64,000 nt of DNA from Monocercomonoides exilis PA203 (lineage: Eukaryota > Protista > Preaxostyla), in assembly GCA_001643675.2 (NCBI GenBank), contig LSRY02000038.1:868001-932000 (forward strand). Direction: 5' to 3'. The translations under genes and the position numbers were made by a program. Below, one piece after another: positions 26,561-39,100 of the stretch. Positions within the stretch are counted from its first letter, which is position 1. Each line of letters begins with the position of its first letter. A model generated the notes under the pieces. That model saw nothing but the letters and a program-made list of their open reading frames with translations. It did not search any database and had not been told where the DNA came from.

Positions 26561-26920
26561 TATTCAGTTCTTTCAAAACAGAAAAGAAATAAGAATCATT
26601 TCAAAAACCTGTTAACATTTATGGAGAGAAAATCTATCAAATTGCTCATGATAGGTTCATGAGAAAAAAAAGACGAATAATAAAGAATTTTTTCTTTTGA
26701 TAGAAAGTGCAAATCTTTTTTCATAATATTACAAATATTTCGAAAGAACATAATTCACATTTTTTTTCCATTCATTTTTCTTGTTTTTTCTTCATTCAAA
26801 AGACATCAAAATGTGAAATGGAATAACACTGCATAAAGACATCAGAAGGGAAGAAAAAAGAAGAATCCCCAAAGGAATTTTATCAATAAAAAAACACATG
26901 AAAATACATACTTTAAAGAT

Positions 26921-26990
26921 AAATACAAAAACATACAAAAACATACAAAAACATACAAAAACATACAAAAACATACAAAAACATACAAAA
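26921..26990. repeat. 10-bp tandem repeat ACATACAAAA, about 7 copies
   Basis: Direct reading. Confidence 0.9.
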
Positions 26991-27120
26991 ACATTCACAA
27001 ACATTATCTTTCTTTCTTATTTTATATTTGTGGGAACCATCATTTGCCTCATTCCAATGAAAAACAATTCTTGTTCTCTTCTCAAAATCATCAATCAATT
27101 CATCTCACACTTGCATTTTC

Positions 27121-30100
27121 TCATGTTTTTAAAGTTGATTTTGCTGTTAATGCTACTGTTGAAGAAGAGGTGGTGGCTGTGTTTGTTGTTATTGTTGTTT
27201 GCTGGATGATTGACACTTCCTTTTCATCATTTGTCTCACTTTCTGAGCTCTCTGCATGTGCAATCGCATCTGAGGCTGTCACCACAGCTGCATTCGCTGG
27301 AAAGTGCGAAAACAGCTCCTTCTTCACCTCAAACAGCCCCATCCTCTTGCTCGCCTCCTCTTCCCAGCAGCTTCCAACAACCTCATCCATTCCCCTTCCT
27401 GCAATCATCTTTCGCGATGGCCTTTCTCCAAATGTTATCTTCTGCCCTGCTGTCTCCGCATCATATTCTCCAAACGGGATATCCAGAGTCAGGCACTCCC
27501 ACAGCATCATCCCAATCGAAAACACAACTGACTCCTTTGTTGCTCCCATCTTCTTGTTGACCAACAGCTCAGGCGCCTTCCACCTCAGGCACTCTTTTTT
27601 GTAATCATCCTCATCCTCAAAGGCTGATGAGGGCAGAGAGTCTTCATCATCATCATCGCTGGTAGAAGTCACAACAGTTGATGAGGAGACGGAAGAAGAA
27701 TCAGAGTCATCTGATAAAAGATCTGAATGCATAACAATGCAGATGACCATATGCTCTGAAAACAATACAATGTGAGGACTCAGACTGGAAAGGGAAGAAA
27801 GAGGATTTCCCATCTCATCAAAGGAGTGGAGAGCTCCATTCGCAACCCAGAACAGGATTTGGGCAGCTGTCTGCTCTCTCTCCTTCAATGTGCCAATAGC
27901 CATCTCTTTCTTCTCATTCCTTCCATGAAGCAGCATGAACAGTGAATCTCTCAAGTCCACAATCAGTTTCTCGTGAGGTGAAGAACAGGCCATTGCATCC
28001 ACCAGATTCGACATGGATGAGGTGGTTGGACACATATCTTCCCCTCGAACAAATGTTGTGTCTGTGTCTGTAGTGTCTGTTGTTGAGGTGGATGAGATGG
28101 ATGGCGATGGTGTTCTTTTCCTCGTCTCTTCCTCATCTTCAACCTTCTCAAGCATCCATTCTGGAATCTTGTCGGAGTCTTTTCCCAAAATATATTCTGT
28201 GGAGCTACTCTCAGACAGAAGATGCTCTGATGACTCTGAGTGTCCCAAGCTTTTCGCATACACTCTCTTCTTCATCCTCTCTTCATTCTTCTTCTCTGCC
28301 TCCCTCTCTGCTCTCCTCCACTGCTCCTCAGGCGACATCTCCATCGTCACCATCTCAAATGCCTTCGGATCCTTTCTGATGTTATCGTTCACTATCTCTT
28401 TCAGATCTTTCGCTTCATTCTTCGCCTTCCTCCATCGAACAATGAATATTATTGAAATAATAAGAACAATCAAAAATAAAGCAATAAGCACAATCACAAT
28501 CAACAACCAATAAGATTTCCCTTCTTTTCCTCCTTCAACCACTTTTTCATTTCCAGTCTTTGGTTCTGTTTTGTTCTTCACAATCTGTGGAGAAGTCTCT
28601 GCCAATCGCTTCCCAAACAAAATCATCACAGACACCTCTGTTTCATCTGAAGCCAATGAAACATTCTCTGATGGAACTCTTCTAATCACTTCTGCTTCTG
28701 AAACAAACCCATCCTCCTCAAAAGGATATGTCTCAACTAACTCCACATCTCCTGTTTTATACACAACTCTGAATGACAAGTCACATGGCACAAAAAGAGA
28801 TCCCTTGAATTTCACAACAACATTGCTTCCATTCTCATTCACTGAAACATCTTCCAGTCTAGGAATGAAGAAAGGAGATAGTCTTTCTCCTGCTATTCCA
28901 TCAAGGGTGCATCCATCATTCAAAATCCAAAGCGAAGTGTTCTTCTCTTGTCCATCTCCTCCTTTCAAACTGGAGATGGTCAATATTCCAGAATCAGAGC
29001 AAAGGATGTTTCTTCTCACTGATGGATATTTTTCAATGAATGGATTGTTGTTCTCAAACTCCCCTTTCTCAATTGTCACACTTCCCCCATTCACTGACAA
29101 TCCCCCTTTCCCACACCCCTGAATCCTCGTATCCTTCATCACAATCCTGCTCTCCTCAACCCCAACAATCGATCCATTCCACTTGCATATCCTTTCTCTT
29201 TCCTCTCTTCCCTTCTTCTTATTCATCTCATTCAAATATCTTTCTTCATCTGCCCTGTCCACTCCTCCACGCACATCACACATATCAATCCTCACATCTT
29301 CACAACTGCTCAACAAAACAATCCCTCCCTTCTCTCTTCCACTCTCACACCCACTGAATGTGCAGTTTGACACACTCCAATCTCCACTCCCTCTCATCGC
29401 CATCACACTCCACTCCCCCGTTATTGTTATGTTCTCCATCCCCACTTCTTTCACATTCACTCTCGCCTCCCCTTCCACAACAACCACATCTCCCTCTGAT
29501 TCCACATCCCAAATCCTTGTCTCACTCATTATCACTCTCGATGATTCTCCACAGAACACAACCAATCTGCCACAATGATGGATGTGTCTGATTGTGCATC
29601 TCACCATCTCCATCTCTCCTCCCTCCACCCCAACCAGTGTGCTCTTCAGCCTCTTTCCCATCCCACTGGCTGAACCCTCAAACGAACATTCATTCATCAC
29701 CATCCGCCCCTCCTTCACTTTCACAACATATTTCTGTGTGCTCTCAAACATCTCTCCAAACACAAACAAACACCTCTCCACCACACTCTCATTCACAAAC
29801 ACCATCATGCTCCGCTCCTCTCCTCTTTCCTCCATCTTCCCCTCAAAATGCACTGTCGCCTTCTCCCTCCCCATCGACACCATCCTCACATCCCTAATCA
29901 CACATTCCTCTCCCATCATCCCTTCTCCATCAATAAAAATCATGTTTGCAATGCTTCTTTGAATGTGCTGCACAGCATTTCCAATGCTCTCACACGGATT
30001 GTTCTGTGCTCCACACTGTCTGTTGTCACTCCCATTCACACATACAAATACCTGTGAAGAATAATAGAATGTGATCAGCGGAATCAGATCAACATCAACT

Positions 30101-33100
30101 TTCCCTTCTCCATCGCTCCCACACATCGAGTCCTTCCCCTTCAGCGCCTCCTGGCTGAAGTCCAGTACAAACAGCCTTTCATTCAGCTGCAACTCAATCG
30201 AGTCACATCGGATGAACACATCCTTCCCCACAAACGCATCATTCATCATGAATCGGATGTTCTCCAATCTCAGCCCAAGTGGTGGCATTTCGGTGTTTAC
30301 GTGCTCCACATTCGGGTCAAGCGCACCAATCATTATCCCTCCTCCCCTTCCATTCCCTGTTGAGCACACACACATCCCAAATGAACACCCACTCACTCTC
30401 ACTTCCGACTCTCCTCTCTTTATCAGCATCTTCATCCCTCCTCCTTCCAAGCTTCTCTCACTCATGCACTTCGTCAGCACACACCCTTCAATCACACATT
30501 CCATCCCATTCAAGAACGATCCCACGCTCATCAAACATGCCCTGTTCTCCACACATGTGATGTTTGCAAATGATGAGCTGTTCACCCTCACGATTTGTTT
30601 TGTGTTTTCTCTTGGTTTGTTGATCAACATATTTGTTGGGGATGGCTGACTCAGCGATATCAGACTGCTTCCTGAGATTGTTGTGTTCGAAACTGACACA
30701 TTCATCACATCAATACTCTTCACATCTGCTGTGAATTCGACAAACCCTTTTGCCAGATTGAACTGAGAAAGAGCAAAATCCTCAATAACCACACTCCCTC
30801 CATCTGCTTTTATCAGACAATATTTCGTTTCCTTTGTTGAATCCTCACAAACAAATGAGCACCTCTTGATTGAAAGTGATGTTGCTGAGGATGTTGCTGA
30901 GTGAATGAGCGATGAATGAGAAACAAGTTCATTTGGCAGAGAAAATGACAGGTTCCTGAATGAAGCGACAACATTCGATGCTATCATTCCCCCTTCTTCA
31001 CTCACTCTCAAAACTGTTCCTTCAATATCTCCCTCAATTGACACAATTGGAGTTATTGATAAAGGCGATGATGATAAAAATGAAATCGATTTCTGGAGCA
31101 ATCCTGATCCAACAATCTTGATGTGTGATTCGCCTTCTCCAAGTGACTCATATCTCAGCGATATTAAGTGATCAACTGATGAACATGGTGCTTCTGAAAA
31201 CCCACAACAGCTGAAGTCTCCTCCTTTCTCTTTCGAAACAAACCCATTCCCACTCCAGTTCCTCCACAAATATACAACCAGTGGAATTACATATCCCTCC
31301 TCTCCTGTTGTCTTCCTCTCCCATCCACACAACTCATCCAACGATCCCAATTCTTCTTCCTTTATCTCCCATTTCAGGTGCTCCTCATTCACAATCTCTC
31401 TCAGATCCCATCCCGAAACAAACATGCTCTTCCCTTTCCAAGCATCGCATCCCTCAAATTCCATTCCTTCCAAAACGAATGTTCCCATTTGATTGGGAAG
31501 TTCAACAAACATCCCTCCTCCAATTCCTCTTCCTCCATCCTCTCTTTCCCCTGATGGAACTTCACACCCTGAATATTTCACTCCTTTCATTTCTAACCTC
31601 CCTCCCTTCCCCACTGATATCATCATCCCTCCTCCTTTCATTCCACTCCCCCCTGAGCATGTCGATGATAAATTGCATTCTTCAACTTTTGCACTTCCTC
31701 CATTTATCTCCACATTCAAACATCCTCCTCCATTCCCACCTTCCACTTTTACTCCACTCACTCTGCTGTTCAAAATCTCCAATTGAACTCCATTTGTCAT
31801 TGTGATTGGTGATTTTCCATTCATCTTCAGTGTCACTCCACTTTTCATCACAAATCCATTAACAATCAACACTCCTCCCTCAATGTTTATCACATTATAT
31901 TCTATCTTTCCACTTGTTAATGCCCCACTTTCAAATGAGACTGAACAGTTCGTCACACTGAGTGTTGAATTTGAGTGAATGAATGCTTTTCTCCTTGATT
32001 TCAACTGACCTTTCACAACAAATGAAAATCTCCTCATTGTCAGTGAACTCGAACATCCAACAAGCCAATCTTGCGTGGCTGATCCTTCATCACTCACATT
32101 CACTCTCATCCTCTCCTCCTCCTCCAATGATGCTATTCTGCCTGAAATTATCACACCAAATGATGATGGTCCTGTTATTTCCTTGGCAATTGAAGAAGAT
32201 GAGACAATTTCAATTTCATTCACAGTGCTGCTCATTCTTGAGTTCGCACAATAATCAACTGTCAAACACCTGAATCCATCAAATCCACAATGTCTGTGAT
32301 CCTTCCCATTTCCTCCACTCCCATCAACAAGCACTTTTGACCCCATTGTGCACAAATACACAAACAGTGGAATCACTCCACTTTCATCCCCATTTTCACT
32401 CCCACTCAGTTTCAACACATCTGATGGAATTGACAGTGGAGTGAAAAATGAAAATGAGCTGGTATTCACTTTTGACTCCAAAAACACACCACTCCCACAA
32501 TGAACAAACACATCCTTCCCATATTCTGCAACATTTTGAATTTCTTTCGAAAACTCAACATTCTCTCCAATTGTCAACCCACATTCTCCACTCTCCATCA
32601 TCACAAATAATCCTCCTCCTCTCCCTCCTCTCCCTCCATTATTCTCTGCCTTGCATCCATCAATCACACTCGCTCCATTCACAACCGCTTTCCCATTTTT
32701 CTTCAAACAAATATGAATTCCTCCACCATCCCCATTCTCGCATGCACATCCCTCAATTATTGTGTTTCTCACCACAAATGTCTCATCTCCATTCACATTC
32801 TTTGCCACAACCACTCCATCTCCTTCAGTCAGATTCACATTCCGAATTGTCACATTTGACAGAAAACTCTCTTTCAATTCTGATCCTCCTGATGATGGTT
32901 CTGAGAACAGAGGCTGACTAACTTTCATATCTTTGATCTCCACATCAATCATCCTCAGCTGTGACAGTGCCACCACAAACACAGATGACGATATAACATT
33001 CGTTCCAGCAACACTTGACGAGATCAGCACACCCTCCAATGAAAGTGAACCGCTCCCATCAGAAACCACAAACACATTTGGAGAAGAATCTCGTTCAGAA

Positions 33101-35274
33101 TTGTGATCAATTCCAACATGAATAATCTCCAACTTCCCACTCGAAACGCTGAACAGCGAAGTTGAAAGTGAGGATAGAGAATTCGACACAATCACACTCG
33201 TCTCCCTTCCTTTTCCAATAACTCTGATCTCCTTATCACTAATATTGATAGTTACTCTTTCATTTTCATATCTTCCTTCGAAAACAAAAAGCGTTGTGAG
33301 CATCGATTCAAAACTTCTCTCCACGGCTCTCCTGACTGTTTGACAAGGCGACGTCTTTTGTATTCCACAATTATCAATCAAATCATTTCCATTAATTCCC
33401 ACATATATAATCAAATCTTTCAGCCAATCTTTCTTTTCCGTGTATTGATACACCCACACACCTGCATAATATGCAAAGCAAACTCTCTGTTCGTTTGTGT
33501 TAGTTGTGTACGAATCAAAAAACGGATTTGCTTCTAAAAAAAGATTGTTAAAATCGAAGAACAGAAAATCGCTCCCATAAGGAACATCCCCACCGCAATC
33601 ACAGTTACAAAAATATGTGTATTTAAAATAAATTCCATCATTTGGAGCAATTCCGTTAGAAGGGTAAAACCTAATTCCTCCTCCATGTGATAAAGCAGAA
33701 CAGGAAATAAGTTGAATTTCAGTTGCTTTGAAAGAAAAAGGAATGTTTTGACATTGAATTCCTCCACCTGTTGATCCTGTAACACTGCAATGAAAAAATG
33801 AACATTCAACAAGGCAAGCAATTTCTTCTTCATTATTTTCATTCCCTAAATTATTCAACACAAACATTTCGAATGAATCAAGATAAAGTCCACCTCCATT
33901 TCTATTTGAGGAACATTTCCGGAATTGACATCCTTCCATTCGTAATGAAAAAGAAATTTTATTGAAATATATTCCTCCTCCTTGTTGGGAAGTGCATGAA
34001 TTCAAAAAGTCATTCATTATCTTTACTGATTTTATATTATAGCACACGATTCCACCTCCACAACTGAATGCTACACATCCATTGAAAGAGCAGTGAGAAA
34101 CCAAAAGTTCTCCATTTACCAAATTAGTCATAAAAATTGATCCACCGTTAGAAGCTCCATCAGACAATGAATCATTGCTTCCCATTGCCTTTGATCCATT
34201 CCATTCACACCAAATAAATGTATTCTGTCCATTTTCTGTTGTATTTTGTCTCCCTGGCTGTTTCTTTTCCATTTCAGTTCCAACACATTCAACATTTCTT
34301 TTTCTGAAACATCCAATAAACGAGGAGTTTGAAGCACTCAAAGATGTAAAAGGGTTGTTCAGAGAAGGAACTATTCCCCCATCATACACATCACAGACTG
34401 ATGAAAATGAGCAGTCATTCATCAGAGTGGAACATCCACATCCTGAAGCAAAATGAATCCTTCTGTGTGTTGGGACAGTCGAAATGTTGGTGAAAACCAA
34501 ATCTGTGAGTAAAACGCTCTCAACAAAGGGTGATGACAAAAATGGAGGAGAAGATATCTGGAATGAGGAAAAGCATGAAGAGAAAACAGAGACACAATCG
34601 GTTGAGTGACTTTTTGGTTCTCCAAGTTTTGTGGAGAAAAGATGAGGTATTTGAGTTTGTTGCGCATTCCAAAATCGAAGTGTCAAGTTTGACAGAGATA
34701 TTCTACTCCCACACAAATCAAATGGACTTCTCTCGCTTCTGACCTCAAAATGGCATCCACTAATCATCGCAACACTTTCAGTTCTTAAGGTTAATGAACT
34801 TGTATTTCCATTTGCCATCATCCCCAAATTCATGCACAACAGAGATGAATTATCCAGAATAATGTGACTTTTCATCTTGCTTTCTTTAATTCCTTCTTCA
34901 ACCTTCTTTTCATTGTGGATGCTAATATTTGATGCATCTCCTTCAATTTTGACGATATTCCTATTTGCGTTTGTGCTTGCTGATTCAATTCTGTTGTTTT
35001 GATTCATTCTCCATTTTCCTTTCCATCCCTCAGATTCATCATGTTCAGAACTCTTCTGTTCATGCTGTGCTTGCATATAAGTTTCCTTAGCATTGTAACT
35101 ATTTTCAGCTTCAGTTGAAGTCATCCAATCATTTGCAGGAATATTTTGCAAAACATTTAATTCTGGAATTGTTCCAACTTTGTCATTTGTGGTATCGTAG
35201 CGCAAGCAATGCACGTAAGATGTATTCCACAGAATTACAGCAATTACAGCCTCTAGACTTATTTCAATGCTCAT
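27121..35274 (-). CDS. Giant intronless single-pass receptor: signal peptide, pectin-lyase-like beta-helix/Pmp-like ectodomain, transmembrane helix and degenerate TKL/Tyr-kinase-like domain
   Basis: 2727-aa ORF with likely start MSIEISLEAVIAVILW. Repeated GGG(I/L/M) and CxFxxC motifs, four CGxxxxxCxT/S modules, TM helix YWLLIVIVLIALFLIVLIISIIFIV, and C-lobe RWKAPELL..SVVFSIGMMLWECLTLDIPFG. Confidence 0.85.
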   Translation of the reverse strand: MSIEISLEAVIAVILWNTSYVHCLRYDTTNDKVGTIPELNVLQNIPANDWMTSTEAENSYNAKETYMQAQHEQKSSEHDESEGWKGKWRMNQNNRIESASTNANRNIVKIEGDASNISIHNEKKVEEGIKESKMKSHIILDNSSLLCMNLGMMANGNTSSLTLRTESVAMISGCHFEVRSERSPFDLCGSRISLSNLTLRFWNAQQTQIPHLFSTKLGEPKSHSTDCVSVFSSCFSSFQISSPPFLSSPFVESVLLTDLVFTNISTVPTHRRIHFASGCGCSTLMNDCSFSSVCDVYDGGIVPSLNNPFTSLSASNSSFIGCFRKRNVECVGTEMEKKQPGRQNTTENGQNTFIWCEWNGSKAMGSNDSLSDGASNGGSIFMTNLVNGELLVSHCSFNGCVAFSCGGGIVCYNIKSVKIMNDFLNSCTSQQGGGIYFNKISFSLRMEGCQFRKCSSNRNGGGLYLDSFEMFVLNNLGNENNEEEIACLVECSFFHCSVTGSTGGGIQCQNIPFSFKATEIQLISCSALSHGGGIRFYPSNGIAPNDGIYFKYTYFCNCDCGGDVPYGSDFLFFDFNNLFLEANPFFDSYTTNTNEQRVCFAYYAGVWVYQYTEKKDWLKDLIIYVGINGNDLIDNCGIQKTSPCQTVRRAVERSFESMLTTLFVFEGRYENERVTINISDKEIRVIGKGRETSVIVSNSLSSLSTSLFSVSSGKLEIIHVGIDHNSERDSSPNVFVVSDGSGSLSLEGVLISSSVAGTNVISSSVFVVALSQLRMIDVEIKDMKVSQPLFSEPSSGGSELKESFLSNVTIRNVNLTEGDGVVVAKNVNGDETFVVRNTIIEGCACENGDGGGIHICLKKNGKAVVNGASVIDGCKAENNGGRGGRGGGLFVMMESGECGLTIGENVEFSKEIQNVAEYGKDVFVHCGSGVFLESKVNTSSFSFFTPLSIPSDVLKLSGSENGDESGVIPLFVYLCTMGSKVLVDGSGGNGKDHRHCGFDGFRCLTVDYCANSRMSSTVNEIEIVSSSSIAKEITGPSSFGVIISGRIASLEEEERMRVNVSDEGSATQDWLVGCSSSLTMRRFSFVVKGQLKSRRKAFIHSNSTLSVTNCSVSFESGALTSGKIEYNVINIEGGVLIVNGFVMKSGVTLKMNGKSPITMTNGVQLEILNSRVSGVKVEGGNGGGCLNVEINGGSAKVEECNLSSTCSGGSGMKGGGMMISVGKGGRLEMKGVKYSGCEVPSGEREDGGRGIGGGMFVELPNQMGTFVLEGMEFEGCDAWKGKSMFVSGWDLREIVNEEHLKWEIKEEELGSLDELCGWERKTTGEEGYVIPLVVYLWRNWSGNGFVSKEKGGDFSCCGFSEAPCSSVDHLISLRYESLGEGESHIKIVGSGLLQKSISFLSSSPLSITPIVSIEGDIEGTVLRVSEEGGMIASNVVASFRNLSFSLPNELVSHSSLIHSATSSATSLSIKRCSFVCEDSTKETKYCLIKADGGSVVIEDFALSQFNLAKGFVEFTADVKSIDVMNVSVSNTTISGSSLISLSQPSPTNMLINKPRENTKQIVRVNSSSFANITCVENRACLMSVGSFLNGMECVIEGCVLTKCMSERSLEGGGMKMLIKRGESEVRVSGCSFGMCVCSTGNGRGGGIMIGALDPNVEHVNTEMPPLGLRLENIRFMMNDAFVGKDVFIRCDSIELQLNERLFVLDFSQEALKGKDSMCGSDGEGKVDVDLIPLITFYYSSQVFVCVNGSDNRQCGAQNNPCESIGNAVQHIQRSIANMIFIDGEGMMGEECVIRDVRMVSMGREKATVHFEGKMEERGEERSMMVFVNESVVERCLFVFGEMFESTQKYVVKVKEGRMVMNECSFEGSASGMGKRLKSTLVGVEGGEMEMVRCTIRHIHHCGRLVVFCGESSRVIMSETRIWDVESEGDVVVVEGEARVNVKEVGMENITITGEWSVMAMRGSGDWSVSNCTFSGCESGREKGGIVLLSSCEDVRIDMCDVRGGVDRADEERYLNEMNKKKGREERERICKWNGSIVGVEESRIVMKDTRIQGCGKGGLSVNGGSVTIEKGEFENNNPFIEKYPSVRRNILCSDSGILTISSLKGGDGQEKNTSLWILNDGCTLDGIAGERLSPFFIPRLEDVSVNENGSNVVVKFKGSLFVPCDLSFRVVYKTGDVELVETYPFEEDGFVSEAEVIRRVPSENVSLASDETEVSVMILFGKRLAETSPQIVKNKTEPKTGNEKVVEGGKEGKSYWLLIVIVLIALFLIVLIISIIFIVRWRKAKNEAKDLKEIVNDNIRKDPKAFEMVTMEMSPEEQWRRAEREAEKKNEERMKKRVYAKSLGHSESSEHLLSESSSTEYILGKDSDKIPEWMLEKVEDEEETRKRTPSPSISSTSTTDTTDTDTTFVRGEDMCPTTSSMSNLVDAMACSSPHEKLIVDLRDSLFMLLHGRNEKKEMAIGTLKEREQTAAQILFWVANGALHSFDEMGNPLSSLSSLSPHIVLFSEHMVICIVMHSDLLSDDSDSSSVSSSTVVTSTSDDDDEDSLPSSAFEDEDDYKKECLRWKAPELLVNKKMGATKESVVFSIGMMLWECLTLDIPFGEYDAETAGQKITFGERPSRKMIAGRGMDEVVGSCWEEEASKRMGLFEVKKELFSHFPANAAVVTASDAIAHAESSESETNDEKEVSIIQQTTITTNTATTSSSTVALTAKSTLKT

Positions 35275-36109
35275 AATCGACTTTCTTTTATAATTTATTT
35301 TCATTATATTATTATGGGTTCTTTTTTGATCAATTTAAAGGAAACACATTTTGAAATACCATTCCCATGAAACAAAATTGAAACGAAATAAAAGACATCT
35401 TCAATATCATGTCAATAATTTCAAAGAATTTGAATGAAATGTGGAAATATTAATTTTTCAAATATTCATTAAAAACAAAGTGTTAATATATAAGTTTATT
35501 TTTCAATTATTTATCTTTGACTTCATCAGAAAATCATTGAATAAATATAAATTGAAGTTTCTATTTTTTGTTTTCAATTTGAAACGAAAAATGAAAAAAT
35601 AACAATTCTTCCAAAAAGCATTTGGAAATTGTTCATTTTAGAAAAAAATAACAAAATGAAGAATTCAAACGATTTCTTTCAACAGTTCAGAACTTTAGCA
35701 AAAATATGAACTGAACTTCATCCACACCGTTCATAGGAAAGCAGAAAGTGCACCTTTTAATCCAAATAATCGGGACAAAGCAGTTTAAAAAAAACACAAT
35801 CAAAATCAAGAATTATCAAAAGGGTATCGATTAACAATTTTCCAACTTAACAAATTTATAATAAAATCTGGAAATAACAATATCAAATCAAAAATACCAA
35901 TAAAAATATAACTTATATAACAAAATACCCTTTTAAAAATAATTTCACTCAACTTTTTGGAAAAGTCCAAATAAAGCCAACAATATCATACATATAATGG
36001 ATAACTTTCAAAAACATACAAATATTTATGAAAAATCAATTGCAATGAGAACTCATCAAAAACATATAAATGTGAAAAAGAAAAAAATAAAAGAAATCAC
36101 TTCAATATT

Positions 36110-39100
36110 TCACGATTATTTCCCAAGTGCACTGAACCCTTTCCTTCTCCGCTTCACCACGCAAACTGCAACAATAGTCACAACCGCACCAAAGCCAACT
36201 GCCGCAACGCAGCTAACAACAATTACAAGAACCTTTTTCCTCGTCGCAGGACCAGACATTTCCTTCTTCTTGGAGTTTGCTTCAACATTTATGCGCATCC
36301 CTTTCGACCAGCTTTCGCCTTTGTCAACAGAAATATGCAGAAACAGTGCTGATGGAGCCGAGCGACACAGTTTTGAAACATCAATCTCTCCTTTCGTCGC
36401 CAGCACATACACAGATGCATTGCCACTTTTATCTTTCCGAACCCCTTATTCTGCTGTCACACTTGCATTTGAGCTGCTGCTTGTCCGCTCACTTTTCCCA
36501 ATCCACAGAATCGGCTCATGCAGAGTATACACATTCTTCCCTCTTAACTCCATCAAAGGCAATCGATAAGGTCTTTTGAATACCACCGACACACAACTCG
36601 GCCTCACATCCTCTGCCGGAAAGAACTCGCACTTCACAGCTGCTGCATCTGTCTTCGATCTTCTGCCGCACACTTCGTCACACAGGCGCTGGGGATGGAC
36701 TTTTTGCGGATTCTGAACAACCACCTGCGAATCTTCACACAAAATATCAGCCAAAATTTCAATATCCTCTTTGTCCCTTTCAGTATTGTTGCTGAACGAA
36801 TCATAATCGCTCTTCATTTTTGCACCCTTGCGAGCATAAACAGCCGAATGCACATTGCCTTTGTAGCTTGTCCACGCCGATGGCACAAGATATTCCATTT
36901 GTTCCACTGAAACGGACGAGTCTGCCGAGCTATCTTCCCCAACAACCGATATCGCACTGCCACACGGAAAAATCGGCCAGCCATTACCTTTCGCCTCAAT
37001 ATTCTTAATCCTTGCATTGCACTTGTTGTTCAAAAACATAGATGAGGTTATGGTATGCAGATAGCTTTCTTCGTTCCTCTTTCCCTTTCTCTAACTCATC
37101 CACAGTTTAGCTGTGCCCTCAAAACTCTTTGTTTCTTTTTCTCCAACTGCTGTTCTGCTTTTCTTTTCACAAATCATAATCGCTCCTCCATCTGAACTGA
37201 CATTGTTTCCCACAAAACTGCTATTTTCAATCGTCAGCTTCTTTCGCTGTGCTCCATTGCTCTTGTCCGTTTCAAAGAAGATGCCCACACTTTCAAAAGC
37301 AGAGCAATTGCTGATATTGCATCCGATAATCTTTACCGTGATGAATGGATCATTGACTGATTATTCACATAAAGAAGTCGTGTCTGCTTATGTTTACAAA
37401 AAGGAGTGAACTTAACGGGCACAATCTACAACAAAATATGCTCCTCCTTTTCCACTCTGAATATAATTATCTTTCTGAACGGCCGTGCATTCCTCGATTG
37501 CTTCATTCTTCAGCTATGCAAATTTGACATCATTCTTTATAAATATCGTTTCTTCACTTTGCACATTCAACGAATATTGGTTCGCGTTCGAAATATGTAA
37601 CAAATCTGCTTCTTCAACAACTATCCCACTACCGCTGTCTTTGGCGTGTGAAGAATGGTTTTCAATGATGGCAATCTCACCTTCATTTTCCAAGGAAATG
37701 GTCACATTCTTCACTTTTCGTGTATAAAGCAAGGCTCCACTATTATGTGGCTCTCCTTTCTCCTTGCTTCTTGTCATTTTGCAGCTCAGTGCCCTCAACA
37801 GGCTCATCTGTTTTTGCCACTCTTTTTCAGTCTCCACATCAATGCAACCGCCTGTTCCTCCAAAACACTTCTCAAAATCACAGTTCGAGATATACATTCT
37901 GTCAACATCCGCACAAAAGATGCAGCCTGCTGCCAGACTTAATGCATGGCTCTCAAAACGGCTTCTGGAAACATTGAACTCTTCGAATGCCACAACCTGA
38001 AAAAGCACCTCTGCAAAAGTTTTGTCCTTTGACTGAGAATTCCATTTCCCTTCGAAAAAGCACCCCTGTATCAAGCACTCTTGTCCAGCTTCCATGCCTC
38101 TCCCATTTGCACAAATGCAGCTCCCTGTCATTCCGCGCGAGTTGCTCATATGACAGTCTCGACACCTGATAGAACGCCCTGTGAATAAACATCCGCCATA
38201 ACCATTTTCTGTTCCTTCTCCTTCCCCCGAGTAACAGTCCGCGAACGTGCATTAAGAAAACTTTACAGTTCTTTCTTTTGCCTCCATTTCAGGACTCATG
38301 CAACAAATGTATGCTCCAGCCCCTCCTCCTTGCTCCCGTTCTCCAGTCGCTTTTACGCTTCTCACCGTAATATTATCAATCAAGCATATTTCAGCATCCT
38401 TTCCAATAAACAATCCCCCGCCTTGATTTGCAGTTAGATTTACAAAGCAGGAACCCATTGTAATGAACTCTTTCACTTTGTCTATATAAAGCCCTGCTCC
38501 TTGCCCATCGATTACACGCTGCCCAAAATTTGACTGCGATCCAGTTGAGCCATTTATTCCAAAGCTCAGTGAAACTTGCTCATAGTATGTTGCTTTCACC
38601 AAAGGACCAATCCCTTTCATTCCCTCAGTTCCACAAAAAATGCATTCAAATAATGACAAATTTCTCCCATGCGAAATCTCCAGAATTGGAGCGATTGTCG
38701 TTGAAAATCTGCACCTACTGAAACTCAAGCTGATTAAAAATAAAACAGATGAAAATTCAAATAAAAAATAATCGCTGAGTTACTGATAATCTCAAAATGC
38801 AAACGAATTAATATTATAAAGTGTTAACAAAGGCTTTGTTTCTGTTGGCAACGCACACAAATAACTTTTATCAATATGTTGCATGAATTTGATAGAAGAC
38901 TTTGGTGCATCCCAGGAAAATGGTTGTTGCCCTTCTGTTACGTTTTCTGAAAAGATCTGAACAACAGAGCGATCTTCCAGGATATCAAATAATGCAGAAA
39001 ATGTTTTGCAAGGCATTTTGTGATAAGCATTGCAATGCTCATCGCTTCCAGTCGACAATTTCAACGAAAAATTTGCTTCACAAAAAAGTTTTTTGCACAA

